From the human T2T-CHM13v2.0 reference genome, Homo sapiens, in NCBI RefSeq assembly GCF_009914755.1, contig NC_060927.1: a stretch of DNA of 64,000 bases; one strand, written 5' to 3'. The notes beneath the pieces are model-generated. The model was not told the origin of the DNA, searched no databases, and worked only from the letters and a program-made list of their open reading frames with translations. Made by a program: the position numbers and the translations under genes. Position 1 is the stretch's first letter; each line of letters starts with the position of its first letter. Below are positions 1 through 35,714 of this stretch, piece by piece.

Positions 1-1001
1 TTAAGCAGATGGAAAAATTCACTGAATTGATACTTTTGACCACCTCTTATGCTCATGTGGTAGGGTGGGAGTGAGGAGAAGGTGGAGATGACTGAGACAA
101 GAGTTCCCACCCTGAAGAAGCGAATCATTTTATAGGCAGAATGGCACAGAACGGATGTAACTACAGAGCACATGGAGTGAGAGGTTCCAGGCAAATGCTG
201 TAGACCCAAGACAAGGGAAAATCACATCCAGGGTTGAGGAAAGCTTTAGGAACAATGGGGCAATTGAGACAGGCCCTGAAGGATACTGAGGGTAGGGAGT
301 GATGAGCTAGTGTTTTTTAATAGTGATCTCCAAGATGTTAATATCTTAGGTGCTTTTTCTGGGGAGCTTCTGTTCTTCTGGGGAGCCTCCTCAGTCCCTT
401 GCCTGATAATTGGCTGTTGGTGTATTCTGAGGGGGAGAGAAAAAAAGGGGCCAGCACTCATTCAGTGTATAGGCTCCTAATCTTGCATGTTTTCAGCCTC
501 ACCTTTTCCTCTTTTAGGCTAGCGATTGTGAGTTTAGAACCCTTCTGGTTAATTTCCTTTAGAGAACAAACATTCTCTGTCCTCTCAAGGTGAAGGAGAG
601 GCCCTGTGGGGTCTGACTGCTTCTAACAGAGACTTCTGTTAGTCTCTGTTTTCAGCCTCCTTCTCACCTCCACTTTCCATGGTTCCTGGGTTGTCTTCTC
701 CTTGATTACCCCCACTGCAGGTGTGTAAGCTTCCATTCTCTCCCTCTAAATCAGGTATTTTCTTGTGCTTTCAGTTCCCCCCAAATTTGTTTAATCCTTC
801 CTATGCTATTGTCTCCTTGTTCTTATTCTCACAGCTGATTCTGTTCTTAATTCCTAACTGTCTTTTTGAGGGGGTTTTAGGAGAGGTTATGCCCACAATA
901 AGCCCTTTACATCTGAACATAATGAAGATCCATAAGCAGAAGAAGCAGTGAGAGCTCTGATTCTTGTTTTTTAACCTTTCTTTTTAAAACAGCAAATAAT
1001 A

Positions 1002-1361
<360 letters not shown>

Positions 1362-1579
1362 TTAGAGTTAATTCTGTGTGATAGGTTTTCCTTCAGAACT
1401 GCAAATCATTTCTTTTTTTTCCTTTCAAATCATTTTTGTAGAGCAAAGACTAGCTCTTTTGCTCTTGACAATTCATGAACTTCCTTTAAGATATTTTATT
1501 CTATGGAATAATCTATAAATCAGACTTCTTTTCTAATTTTTTAAACTTCTGAAAATGCTTTAAAAACTATATGTATGTA

Positions 1580-2210
<631 letters not shown>

Positions 2211-2295
2211 TGAATTTTCTATTTCTTCCTCCCACTGGGTTTTCATCTCTAGCCAGTCACTATATTTGACTTGCTGATTTGTATTTTCTTTTTAG

Positions 2296-2352
2296 GATTT
2301 TACAGTTTTTGGAGGCAGTCTGTCAGGAGCACATGCCCAAAAGATCTGCAAA
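2296..2352 (+). CDS. PCCB: PCCB exon 4 (57 nt), DFTVFGGSLSGAHAQKICK
   Basis: ttttctttttAG acceptor, AAA|gtaagt donor, translation matches PCCB. Confidence 0.97.
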
Positions 2353-2488
2353 GTAAGTGTTTAATACTCAAATTCAATCCATTGCTTTCCTCAGTTACAT
2401 AGTGCTTATTGAGTATCTTTGGGGTACAAGACACTGAGCTAGGTACTTGGGGTAGGGCAGAGGTATGCAAGATGTGCTACCAACCCGA

Positions 2489-2953
2489 AGGGGTGCATAA
2501 CAATTTTCGTACCATGGATCTCTTCCATGGGCTGGCAAAGCCTGAACCCTCCTGTTTTTACATGCCTAAAATAAAATTTGTAGGATTTTAAAGGATTAAA
2601 AATGTTTTTAAAAACCACATTTAGAATATACGTGCTCCCTTGTTAATGCATTTAATAACAAGATTTAGCAGTGGATCTAGTAACTACCGTAATTTCAAAG
2701 TAGTCAAAGGTGAAATATTTCAGGGTATCTGCAACAACTTTAATAGGACGTAAAAATATCTGTGGCTTCTAATAATGGCAAATCACAGATATTTCTAATA
2801 CTGAGGCTCATTGCCTATATCAATAATGAAGAGAAATGTTAACGATCAGCTAGCGTTAGTAAAGATAAAGATGTAAATTTTTTCCTGTTCAAGTTCATGG
2901 ACTCCCGTTCACAGATCTCTTGGGGTTCTGAGGATTTCAAGTGAAGAACCTCT
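2489..2953. mobile_element. Old hAT-type (MER) DNA transposon relic; family not determined
   Basis: Imperfect terminal inverted repeats (aggggtgcataac ... gtgaagaacctct); internal sequence resembles hAT MER elements. Confidence 0.45.
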
Positions 2954-3099
2954 TGTCTAGGTGGAAGGGCCAGGTGCTAGAAGGTAAAGAACAGTGCGAG
3001 CATTGTATGCTGATATTTAAAAACTACTGCTAGAGATTAGATGCTCTGGAGAGGAATAAAACTATAAATAATAGAGAATTTTGGAATTAAAGTTGGAGC

Positions 3100-3295
3100 T
3101 ACTAGTAACTGGAACATCTGGATTATAGACATGGTCCTGTCATGTATTACTCCTGAGACCTTGGGCCAGTCACTTAACTTTTAAACCTTAATTTTTCTCA
3201 TTTTACTCCCTCTGTTATGATGGGTAAATGAGGTAATGGAAGTGAAAGTACTTTTTAAACTGTCAAGGACTGTAGGAATATTGCTTATTATGCTG
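3100..3295 (+). mobile_element. MIR relic
   Basis: MIR core-like gaccttgggccagtcacttaac...aaatgaggtaatg. Confidence 0.65.
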
Positions 3296-3747
3296 TCGGA
3301 ATTACTAACCCATGAGGAAAATCTGTCACATTAGAAGTAAAAGCAGGCCCGGGCCTGCCCTCAGATTAACAGATGGGTCAACATCTGCTTTCATGAAAGT
3401 ACTACTTTGCCATTCTGTCTACTGTAAGTTCTGTCAAAGCAGTACCTGGGAATAAAACTGGCTGCTGGAAGACGTTACAACGTGAGCCTGTGGTTCTAGA
3501 AATGGTTGCCATGAGTTGTTTTATCCCCTGCTAATGGGAAGTGCTTTGGCTCTTGGGTGTTTGGGGGCTTTAATCAGCCTATTAAATATCTGGTCCTTTG
3601 TCTTCCATGAAGGTACCCAATCGTGATGGGGAGTGAAACCAGTGTTATTGCCTCCTGTTTTGAAAAGTGCACTCAGAACGTTTTCCAGAAAACACTGTGG
3701 TATTTTGTGAATGTCGTTTTTTATATCAAGAACATTTGTCTCAATAA

Positions 3748-4029
<282 letters not shown>

Positions 4030-4741
4030 TGAAGGGTAGATGAAAAGCAAGAGAGAGTGGGAAGAGAGGGTTTTCATTTTTTCTAACAGAGGGCCACTCA
4101 CAGGGGAAATTACAGTTAAAGATCGTTCATAAGGGAAAAGCACTTGAAAATGTTTTTCTTTTTTTGAAAGCAAGGGAGAGGAAATATGAAAAGTTAAAAT
4201 GAACTGATGTGCTTGAATTAGAAGTTTTAAAAAATGTAGCACCTTTTTTATTTTTTAGTTAAAACACTACAGGATTATTAAATAAAGTCCAAGCCACAGT
4301 GCAAAGAAGAATGAAATCACCCCAGATCCTACCATTCAGAAACATTTGGCGAACCTCATTACTGATATCTCTTTGCTTATTTACAGACTGAAATTATGAG
4401 AGAAAGAAATGAAAAGAAACATAAAATAATGTGTTATGTGAAGTATAAAGTATATTTGTGAGAGATACAGTAAGAGGCTGGGATGAGGGAGAGAGATACT
4501 GCAGACAGAAACTGGCAACATTTCCAGGGAGAAGAAAGGAAGGAGACAGGCAGACATTGTTTTTAATCAGGCCAGCCACTCTTATCATCCCTGCTCTGCA
4601 GGCTTACTTCTGTGGATGGCTTGGCCTAAGCAGTTTAGGCCTGGAAGTCATTCCTGTTTAGAAACAAAAGAGCGGCCCTCAGAGACGTGGTGATAAACCA
4701 CCACATTTTAGAGCTTGACTGGATTTTAGAATATCATCTAG

Positions 4742-5388
<647 letters not shown>

Positions 5389-5547
5389 TTTTAATTTTTG
5401 TTTTCAAGGGCTAGTCTTTACTTTCAGATCTTCATTGCTTAATTAATTGCTTACTAATGCTGCTTGTCATATTGATACCTCCACTCACTTATTCCTGCCT
5501 GTGTTATTTTTTGGTAACTTTTTATTTTGATAAAATTTCAAACTTCA

Positions 5548-5846
<299 letters not shown>

Positions 5847-6207
5847 TCAAACTTCACAGAAAAATGACAAGAATAGTATGGGAACTCCTATATGTCCTTT
5901 TCCCAGATTCACCAGTTGTTTACATTTTCTCCATTTGTTCTGTTATTCTCTCTCCATATATACATATTTGCATGTTACATTTTTCTGAAATATTTGAGAA
6001 TAAATTGGAGATACTATGTCTTCTTTACCTCCTAAGTTCTTCATTGGGTATTTCTAAAGAATAAAGATATTCTCTTAAATAACCAGAATACAGTAATAAA
6101 AATCAGGAAATTTAACATCGATTCATCGATGTTATTCTAATTCATTATCCTTATTCAGGACTTAAGTCCTTTATAGTGTGTGCTCTGGGCATGTGTGCAC
6201 TTTCTAT

Positions 6208-6280
6208 GTGCGCGCTCTCGCTCTTTCTGTCTCTGTCTCTCATATATATGTGTGTGTGTATATATGTATATATATATATG
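6208..6280. repeat. Compound (TC)/(TG)/(TA) microsatellite
   Basis: Direct reading. Confidence 0.85.
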
Positions 6281-6408
6281 TTCCTCCTGGCCAGGATCCA
6301 ATCCAGAATAAAGCATTGACTTTAGATGTTATCTCTTTTTAATCTTTTTTGATCTGGAGCAGTTCCTGTCTTTGTTCTCCATGATCTTGATATTTTAAAA
6401 AATAGCTT

Positions 6409-7022
<614 letters not shown>

Positions 7023-7650
7023 GTAGCTTTATTGAGATATAATTTACAAACCATAAAATCCACCCATTGTGAAAATATAATTCAGTAATTTTAAATTAAT
7101 TTTTAGAGTTGTACAGCCATAATCTAGTTTTCAAACCTGCCACTCACTCCAAAAATACCTTCTTGCCTGTTTGCAGTCAGTTCCCACCTAACCACAGTCA
7201 ATTCCTCACCCAACTTTCTTATTTTACAAATTTTTCCATCTGACTCCTTTCACTAAGCACCATGTTTTTTGAGGTTCATTTATATTGTAATATGTATCAG
7301 TTTGTTCCTTTTTATTGGTGAATAATATCTATTGAATATTTTATGTATTTTCATCATTTACCAGTTGAAGGATATTTGGATTGTTTCTGGTTCCTGGCTA
7401 TCATGAGTAAATGCTACTGTGAACATTTGTGTATTACTTTGTGTGGATATATGTTTTCATAACCCTTGGATAGATAGGTACCTAAGAGTGGGATTGTAGG
7501 TTTTATGATAAGCTTGTTTATAACTTTTTAAGAAATTGCCAGATGGTTTTCCAAAACAACTAAACCATTTACATTACCATGAGCAATGTGTTCAGGGTTG
7601 CAGGTTCTCCATATCTTTGTTGATACTTGGTATTGTCAGTCTTTTTTTGT

Positions 7651-9604
<1,954 letters not shown>

Positions 9605-9764
9605 CTCTGGTGGCTTTTGAGGTGGAGAAGTTTTTAATTTTGAAGTCCAGTTTATCAAGTTTTCTTTTGTGGGTCATGCTTCTATTGTCATATGTAAAAA
9701 CTTGTAATACAAAGTCATGAAGATTTTGTTTTCTTCATGGAGTTTTTTTTGTAGGTTTGGCTCT

Positions 9765-9885
9765 TTTTTTTTTTTTTTTTTTTGAGATGGAGTTTCACTC
9801 TTGTCGCCCAGGATGGAGTGCAATGGCGCTATCTCAGGGATTATGGGTGCCTGCCACCAAACCTGGCTAGTGTGTGTGTGTGTGC

Positions 9886-9960
<75 letters not shown>

Positions 9961-9995
9961 TCTACATACACAAGTACATATAAGAGAGCCCAGCC
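9765..9995 (-). repeat. Internally deleted Alu whose linker is replaced by a (TG)n(TA)n microsatellite (9869-9962)
   Basis: Alu right-arm pieces followed by dinucleotide runs. Confidence 0.8.
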
Positions 9996-10284
9996 AGCTT
10001 TCTTATAGTAGGTCTGTGATCCATTTTGAGTTAATTTTTGTATATGGTGTGACAGAAGAGTCTAACATCACTCTTGTCTCCCACCATTAATTGACATAAC
10101 TATTCTTTCCCCATTGAATTGTCTTGACACATTGATAAAAATATCAGTTGATCATAAATGTAAGGGTTTGTTTCTGAACTCTCAGTTCTTCCATTGTTCT
10201 ATGTCTGTCCTTAAAATAGAACCACACTGTCTTGATTACTGTAGTTTATAGGAGTTTTGAAGTTGTGTAAAATCCTCCAACTTG

Positions 10285-11903
<1,619 letters not shown>

Positions 11904-12299
11904 TTAATATTGTCAAATGCTTTTTTCTGCATCTGTGAGATAATCATGTGTTTTTTGTTCTTTATTCTAATGATATGGTATGTAACATTACTGGTTTTTA
12001 GAATGTTAAACCAACCTTGTATTTCTGTGATAAATCCTACTTGGTCATGGTATATCATCCTTTTTTGGAAGGTGCTGGGCTCTGCCAGTATTTCCTTGAG
12101 TACTTTTGAATCAATATTAGTAAGAAACATTGACCTACAGTTACCTTGTGATTTTTTCTTTTGGTTTTGGTATTACAGTAATTCTCACCTCATAGAATGA
12201 GTTGGAAGGGTTGCCTCTGTGAGGTAGGTTCCCTATGCACTGGTTATGAACTTTTCTGATTTCAGTAAGATAGAACACTCACACAAGTTACATGAAGTG

Positions 12300-20310
<8,011 letters not shown>

Positions 20311-21412
20311 GGTGGAAAAACCAAAACCTCTCAAAGTATTTTCTAACTTCTCTTGTAGATTCTTCTTTTGCCTATTGCTTATTTAGAAGTGTTTTGATTA
20401 ATTTTTACGTGTTTGTGAATTTTTCAGTTTTCCTATTGTTATTGAATTATAGTTTTATTCCATTGTGATCAGAAAAGATGTTTTTTATGATTCCAATCAT
20501 TTTAAATTTAAGATTTGTTTTGTGGATTAATGTATGGTCTCTCCTGGAGAATGTTGCATATGCACTTGACAAGAATATATACTCTGTTGTTGGGTGGAGT
20601 GTTCTCTATAGGTCTTTTATATGTATTAGTTCATAGTGTTGTTCAAGTGTACTGTTAACTTACCGATCTTCTGTCTAGTTGTTCTGTCTGTTATTAGAAG
20701 TGAGGTGTTAAGTCTGCAACTATTATTGTGCACCTATTTCTCCCCACAATTCTGTTAACTTTTGCTTTGTGTATTTTAGGGCTCTTGTTGCTTCATAGAT
20801 TTTGGGGCTCTGTTAGGTGTGTATATTTTTTTAACTGGTATATTTTCTAGATGTGAACCTTTTATCAATATGTCTCTCTAGTAAGTTTTTGATTTAAAGT
20901 CTCTTTAGTCTGATAGTAATATAGCCACCTAGGGTCTATTTTGGTTACCCTTTGCATGGAATATTTTTTTCCATCCTTTAGTTTACCTCTTCATGTCTTT
21001 GTATCTAAAGTGAAGCTCCTGTAAATAGCATACAGATAGATTCTGTCTGTATGCAATCTGTCAATCCCTGTCTTTTAATAGAAGAGTTTAATCCATTTAT
21101 ACTTAGCATGATTGCTGAAAAAGAAGGATTTACTTCTGCCATTTAGTTATTTCTGTATGTGTTTTGGTTTTTTATGCCTCAGTTCCTCCATTATGGCCTT
21201 GGGGTGGTGATATTTAGTTGAGTTGTTTGCCTTTTTGATTCACTTCTTTCATTTTAATCATATTTTAAAGTTTGTTTTCTTAGTGGTTACCTTGGGGATT
21301 ATAATTAATATCTTGAACTAGTTGGAAGAATACCAGGTTAGCTTTAGTAGTACATAGACATACTGCTTCTGTAACTCTCCATCCTTCCTTTTTTATGTTG
21401 TTATTGTCATAG

Positions 21413-21785
<373 letters not shown>

Positions 21786-21861
21786 TTTTTATTTATTTTT
21801 GTAAATTTTATTTTTTGTGCAGACTCCTCTGCTGGGGCCGCAACTGCTGAGAGGAGCAGCA
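21786..21861 (-). mobile_element. Short non-Alu retroposed fragment (45-nt body plus A-rich tail)
   Basis: GC-rich body 21817-21861, T-rich tail, 12/13 direct repeats at 21465-21477 and 21862-21874. Confidence 0.6.
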
Positions 21862-22172
21862 CATTTGCCTTTTAAATCACATAGGAAAAAGACATTACAA
21901 ACCAAAGTACAACACTACTTTTATATTTACCTAGGAAGTTACATTTATTAGTGTTCTTTATTTTTTCTCATGACCTCATGTTACTGTCTAATATCCTTTT
22001 GTTTCAGACTAAAGGACTCCCTGTAGAATTTCTTGTATGGCGTGTCTATTGCAAATGAATGCTCTCAGCTTTTGTTGACTTGGAAATGTCTTAATTTTCC
22101 CTTCTTTCTTGAAGGATAGTTTTGCTGGATATAAAGTTATTGGTTGACCAGTTATTTTGTTTCAATACTTCT

Positions 22173-22770
22173 TTTTTTCTTTTTGAGACAGAGTTTTGCT
22201 CTGTTGCCCAGGATGGAGTGCAGTGGTGCGATCTTGGCGCACAGCAACTCTGCCTGCCAGGCTCAAATGATTCTCCCTCCTCAGCCTCCTGAGTAGCTGG
22301 GGCCATAGGCATGCACCACCATGCCTAGCTAATTTTTGTATATTTTGTAAAGGCAGGGTTTCACCATGTTGCCCAGGTGGGTCTCAAACTCGTAGACTCA
22401 AGCAGTTCACCTGCCTTGGTCTCCCAAAGAGCTGCAATTACAGGCATGAGCCATTGTGCCCAGCCTTCTTTCAATATTTTGTTTTTATTTTTATTTTAGA
22501 CACAGGGTCTTGCTGTGTCACGCAGAATAGAGTGCAGTGGCATGATCATGGCTCATTGCAGCATTGACCTTATAGGATCAAGCAGTCTTCCTACCTTGGC
22601 CTTCTGAGTAGCTAGTAGAACACCACTATGCCCGACCAACCAAAAAAACTTTCTGTAGAGATCAGGGCTCACTATATCGTCCAGGCTGGTCTCAAACTCT
22701 TGGCCTCAAGTGGTCCTCCTGCCTCATTCTCCCAAAGTGCTGGGATTACAGGTGTGAGCCAGCGCACCTG
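22173..22770 (-). mobile_element. Two antisense Alus (J-like)
   Basis: Alu consensus, diverged. Confidence 0.9.
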
Positions 22771-25626
22771 ACTTTTCAGTACTTTAAATATGTCCCACTG
22801 CCTTCCGGCCTCCATGGTTAATCTTGCTGAGGATCAGTTGCATGGGATCAGTTGCTTCTATCTTGCTGCTTTCAAGTTTCTCTTATTGTGTTTTGACAGT
22901 TTGACTATAATATGTCTCCGTGTAGATCTCTTTGAGTTCATACTGCTTGGAGTTTGTTGAGCTTCTTGGGTATGTATACTTATGTCTTTCATCAAATGTG
23001 GGAAGTTTTCAGTCATTATTTCTTCAAATCTTTGACCCTTTCTTTCTGTTCTTCTGAGATTCCTATAATGTGTATATTGGTATGTTTGGTTTCCCACAGG
23101 TCCCTCAGGCTCTATTAATTTCTCCTTTTCTTTTTTCTGGTTCCTTATACTAGATTATTTTGTTTTGTATTCCAGTTTCCTGATCCTTTTTTCTGCTTGC
23201 TTAAGTCTGCTGTTGAACCCCTGAAATGAATTTTTCATTTCAGTTATTGTCAACTCCAGGCTTTCTGCTTGGTTCCTTTTCATAATTTCTGTCTCTTTGT
23301 GGTGTTCTCATTTTGTTCAGACATTGATTTCCTGATTTCCTGTAGTTTTTTCCCCCCACAGCTTTCTTTAGCTCATTGAACATATTTAAGACAGTTCATG
23401 TGCCATCTTTGACTATTAAGTCCAATATCTGGGTTTCTTCAGAGATGATTTTTGTTAAATTATTTTTTTCTTGTGAATGGGCCATACTTGCTTATTTCTT
23501 TGTATGATTTGTGATTTTTGTTGAGGATGAGAAATTCTGAATATTATGTTTGGAAGTTTGGAAGTCTAGTTCTCCTACTTTTCAGGAATAGCCGATTTTT
23601 GCTTGTCAACTGCTGGGTCCATCTGTTTGAACTTTTGCAAGCTGTTTTTGCAAAGAGTATGTTCCTTTTTTAATATGGACATTGAAATTTTAGTTCTCTT
23701 ATCACTGTGTTTAACCAGCAGTCTGACAGTAATTTCCTTAAATGTCTGTCTCCCAGAAGTGTGGAGGGGTGTGGAACAAACTACCTTTTTAAATCCCTTG
23801 TGGCTGGGAAGCTGCTTGAGCCAATCAGGGTTGAAACAATGCCAGCCTCTATGCTTAGCCCCTCAGCCATCAAAAGCAGTGGTCAGTAATCAGAACATAC
23901 AACCTTGATTTTTCAAGGTTGAAAAACCAAGATGCAAAGGTTCTAATTTCCCAATCTGGCACCAACTAGCTACACTAGGAACATCCTCGTGGCTACCTGC
24001 CATGGGTTGTTGGCTGGGGGATTATAGCAGCCATGTTATTAATAAATGTGAAGTTTACTGAAATTTACTTGCTGTTTTATCAAATTCTCCTCTGGGCCCT
24101 GAAGTGTTTGAGTAGACTCCAGAGTTCAAAAATAGTTGCTTTAGACAGCTGAATAGTTGTTTTGATCTCAGATATTCTTGGAGCTTCCTGTTCTCTCTTC
24201 TGTGATGTCACTCAGTTTTTTTATGGTAAGCATATAGTTTTAGTGTACCATTTTAATTTCTAGTGTTTTTTAGCTGTATTTTTTGAGTTATTTTTAGTAG
24301 TTGCTCTAAGGGTTACTATATATCTCTTAATTTATCACAGTCTGCTTCAAATTAATACTGACTTAATTCTGGTAAGACAGGAACTTTGCTCCAATGTAGC
24401 TCCATTTTCTCCCCCTTCATTTGTGCTTTTATTGTTATGTAATACTCAAAACAGTGTTAATTATTGCTTTATACAGTCTTGTTTTTCAAAGTATTAAGAA
24501 AAGAGAACTATACTTATGCAGTGTTTATAATCACATATTTATCATTTTCAGCACTCTTAATTGGTTCTTGTGGATTTGAATTATAGTCTGGTGTTATTTT
24601 CTTTCATCCAGTAGGACATTTTGAGCTGGTATGGGCAATGGTGGCAGCCTTGGTTAAGAATGCCACAGGCTTTCACTGTTCTTATCTCAAGTTTAGTAGT
24701 TTTTCATGAATAAACACTTCTCAATTTGTTACATTTGGCTCATTTTTAGAACCCCAAAATACTCGTTTTTGACAATGCTGTCCAGTTGTTTTTGGGGAGA
24801 GAATTTTCTGAACTCTTCACTCTGCCACAGCTGGAAGTCTCCCCTACTACCTTGATATCTTTGCAGAAAGCATAGATTACATTTTGCACTGTCCTTAGCT
24901 GTGTATAGATTGGGCTTAGAGCCAAGGCAGGCTGAAAAGTGAACCTACTTTTCCTAAGCTGATGGGACTTAGGAGAAGGAAAGAATTTGGAAGTAGGGCA
25001 AAGAATAATTGGGCCTTTTATCATCTTGCCTGGGTCTTTTGAGCCCCCACATCCTATCTTTCCTGAGGCTTAGTCCTTCACAACACAGTGTCCTTATGGA
25101 GGCTTTCTGGCTCCTTCTACCGCCTTCTCTCCTGCATTCCTTGTCTGGGGATGGGCAGAGTAGACACTGGGTACTCAGTGTCAAGAAGCACCTGCTTGTA
25201 CCCTTGCGTGCCTTCTGTGGAGGGTGTGGAGGGACTCAAAATAGAGGTCAGGGTGCCAAGATAAGTGTTGGCTCTGCAAACTCTGCATGAGGTTTTCAGT
25301 CTTCTTTCAGGCAGCTTTGCACAGATGGGGGGCTTTGCATTTGGAGCTGTGGTGAGGATGGTGGGATACACTCTGTACCTCATGCCCTTAGTGAAGGTTT
25401 TAGGGAACTGCTGCCCAGGAGGGGAGGGGAGAGAAAATACTTGCCTCAGAAAGTAATATGCTGACCATCCTACCAGTTACGGGGAGAAAATGCACATATA
25501 ATTCTTAAAGAACTTCACTGATTAGGTCTGTTGCCTCCTGTATAGAATTTCTGTGGGAAAAAAGCCAAATGTTATCTTATTGTTGTCTTTATCTTTCCAC
25601 AGATAATGCCTCAAACATCTCTGTAA

Positions 25627-25827
<201 letters not shown>

Positions 25828-26160
25828 TAAAAATAATTCCTGACCCAGATCTAGGTTGTTACCTGCATTCTCATTGGCTTTCAGCATAGTGATGATAAGG
25901 TGTTAATGGAGAGAGGGTTTTGGCATGAAATCTGTAGCTTGTGGGGGTTCAGTGGCAGGGGATGCTTATGTACTTCATTGGTGGGTGATTTTACTTGTTG
26001 ATCTGAATTGCAAATGATTTTCAGGTAATCAAAGAATCCTGTCCTTTGACCAGATAGATGACTGTTTACTGAGTCCTATTCAAGAAGTTTCTCATGGAAG
26101 GCTTTTCTGTAATCTGTTTATTGGGAAGTTGTTTCTGATGTTTCACCTTTATTTCTTCAG

Positions 26161-26232
26161 CTCCTTGCCATTTTATTACATTGTGTCCATAATGGTAAAG
26201 GATAAATCTGATCTCACACTTCATTTTCAGAG
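26161..26232 (+). other. 72-nt pseudoexon in intron 6 with an in-frame stop (LLAILLHCVHNGKG*)
   Basis: Strong acceptor ctttatttcttcAG (26159-60), weak donor GAG|gtacat (26233); length matches the 72-nt PCCB intron-6 pseudoexon I recall from propionic acidemia literature. Confidence 0.75.
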
Positions 26233-26632
26233 GTACATATCTTTATTACATGACTTTAATGGACTTATATTTTAAAAATATTTTTAAATGAAGTCTATTT
26301 GAAGTTATACATGAGTAATTACCATTCATCTCAAACCTTGCTTTAAAAAAATCAGCCTTTTCTTCTTAAAATATTAATAAAAATGAACATTGGATGCCAA
26401 GACAGAATGGTTGGGGGGAAAAAGTAGTGATAGCCATCCAACTTGAGGAGAGGAGTTCTAGAGGGAGTGTAAATGGGAAACCCTTTGTTCTCAAGGGAAG
26501 TTAGGCAGTAGGAATTCAAAAGTTTCACAAAGTGCTTACCACTTTGACCCAACTATTCTGTTCTTAGTGATATACCGAAAGTAGTGTAAGTGTTCAACAA
26601 TAAGAGTGTCTTTTATTAATCAAATTTAAGAT

Positions 26633-26936
<304 letters not shown>

Positions 26937-27099
26937 GTAAGATGACCACTTCTCTTACTTGGTGGACAATGCAGAATTTTCTGAACTTTGCTTACTAAGT
27001 CTATATATACACACCTAGCTGGTGCTACCCCCATTCTCTCCTCCTTCCTGCCTGTTACGAAGGGAGGTGTGGGATCAATTCCTCTGGCTAGAGCCATCC

Positions 27100-28941
<1,842 letters not shown>

Positions 28942-29259
28942 TCATTGTAGCCTCCATCCTGCTTAGAATTTGTTATTAATAATAATTCTTTATTGTCTCA
29001 GCTTTTATGGTAGTGTTTTTATTTGCTTTGCTTCATAGTTGAAAATAAAAATTGCCTCCCTAAACAATGTGGATTAGCGTTTCCTGTTTTGACCTTTACG
29101 TTAAGTGAAACCATATAATATGCTTTCTTGTGTGCATGGCTTCTGGCTCATTATGTTGTTAAGATTTATCTATGTTGTTCTTTGAAAATGTAGTTCATTC
29201 ACTTTAATAGCTGTGTAGTAAGTGTGTGTGTGTGTTTTTTCTTTTGTGTGTGTTTGGTG

Positions 29260-34070
<4,811 letters not shown>

Positions 34071-34463
34071 TCTAGTTTTTTTTTTTTTTAACAGTTTCAA
34101 ATAAGGCTGCTATAAACATTTGTTTAGAAGTCTGTGTGAAGTGGGGAAGACCTTTGTAGCTAGACCTTTCTAGCAAGATTTCAAACCAAGAAGCCATAAG
34201 ATAAAAGACTGATATAATGCATATGATAGACTAAGGACTAATTTCCTTAGTACATAAAAAAGCCAATGATGTATTAGAAATGGGCAAAGAACATGAATAG
34301 TGAGTTCAGAGAGCACTGTAGTAATATTTATTGCAGAATTGCTTATTATACTAAAGTTTTGGAAACAACCTTCATGACCATCAATTGGTGAAAGTTATGA
34401 TACAAATCCTACTATACTGATATGGAATAGAATGATCTTCAAGCTAGAAAAACAAATTTGAGA

Positions 34464-34527
34464 ACAGTGTGTATTGAACTCTATGTGTATTGAACACAGT
34501 GTGTATTGAACACTATGTGTATTGAAA
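34464..34527. repeat. Four 16-bp tandem units alternating acagtgtgtattgaac and (t/a)ctatgtgtattgaa(c/a)
   Basis: Direct reading. Confidence 0.9.
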
Positions 34528-34849
34528 GAATGTGTTGGGAAGAAAATGTTTGCATTAGAAAGTGTTTGTGTTAGATAATGTTTGTGTTAGAAGATAAGAG
34601 GGCAAAGAGGGCAAATATATATATAAATGCACATGGATGCATGGGTGTCTCTGTAGAGAGAAGAAACTGACAGGGTATGCCTTAGGGGAGGCGAATTGGA
34701 GGCCTGGAAGTAAGGGCTGGGCTGTAGACTTTCCACTGTATCTCCTGTTCCTCTGTTTAAATTTTATGCAGTATACTTATATTATCTATATATTAGAAAC
34801 TAAAAATTAAAAGCCTATCACTCTTTAATAGCAAAGCATTGATTTATTA

Positions 34850-35330
34850 GTTTTTTTGTTTTTGTTTTTGAGACAGGTTTTTACTCTGTCACCCAGGCTG
34901 GAGTGCAGTGGTGCAAGCAATCATAGCTCACTGCAACTCAAGTGATTGTCCCGCCTCACTCTCCTGAATAGCTAGGACTACAGGCACATGCCACCAGGCC
35001 TACCTAATTGAAACAAATTTTTATGGAGACTGGGTCTCGCTATGTTGGCCAGGCTGGTCTTGAACTCCTGGCCTGAAGTGATCCTCCTGCCTTGGCTTTC
35101 CAAAGTGTTGGGATTACAGATGTGAGCCACTGTAACCCACTGATTTATCAATATTTTTAAGTAGCTTCATTTAAAGTGACTGGTTGCATACAGTCTCCAT
35201 ATCTCAGTTTCCTCATATGTAAATGAGGGTGATAATAGTACTTAGGCTTTAGTGACACAGTTTTGTGAAGTGCTTAAAAAACTTCTTGGTGCACAGCAAG
35301 CTCTGAGTAAGAGCCACCTGTTACTGTGTT
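34850..35330. mobile_element. Antisense AluJ-like element (34850-35140) followed by a MIR relic (~35190-35330)
   Basis: Alu motifs; MIR core ctcagtttcctcatatgtaaatg. Confidence 0.8.
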
Positions 35331-35537
35331 CTACAGATGAATGACCTTGAGATGTTAGCCACATTGCAAGTTAACTTCTGAGGTAGAACTGTGCAACAGA
35401 AATTTTTTAAAAAAGACAATAAGGCAGGGAAAACTTGGGTCTTTAGTTTGGAGTCGTATCTTTAAGCTACATCCTATCCTCATTCAGCCACGTCACTATC
35501 TTCTCTGCATTTGTCATCTTGGCTGAATCAACTCTAA

Positions 35538-35714
<177 letters not shown>

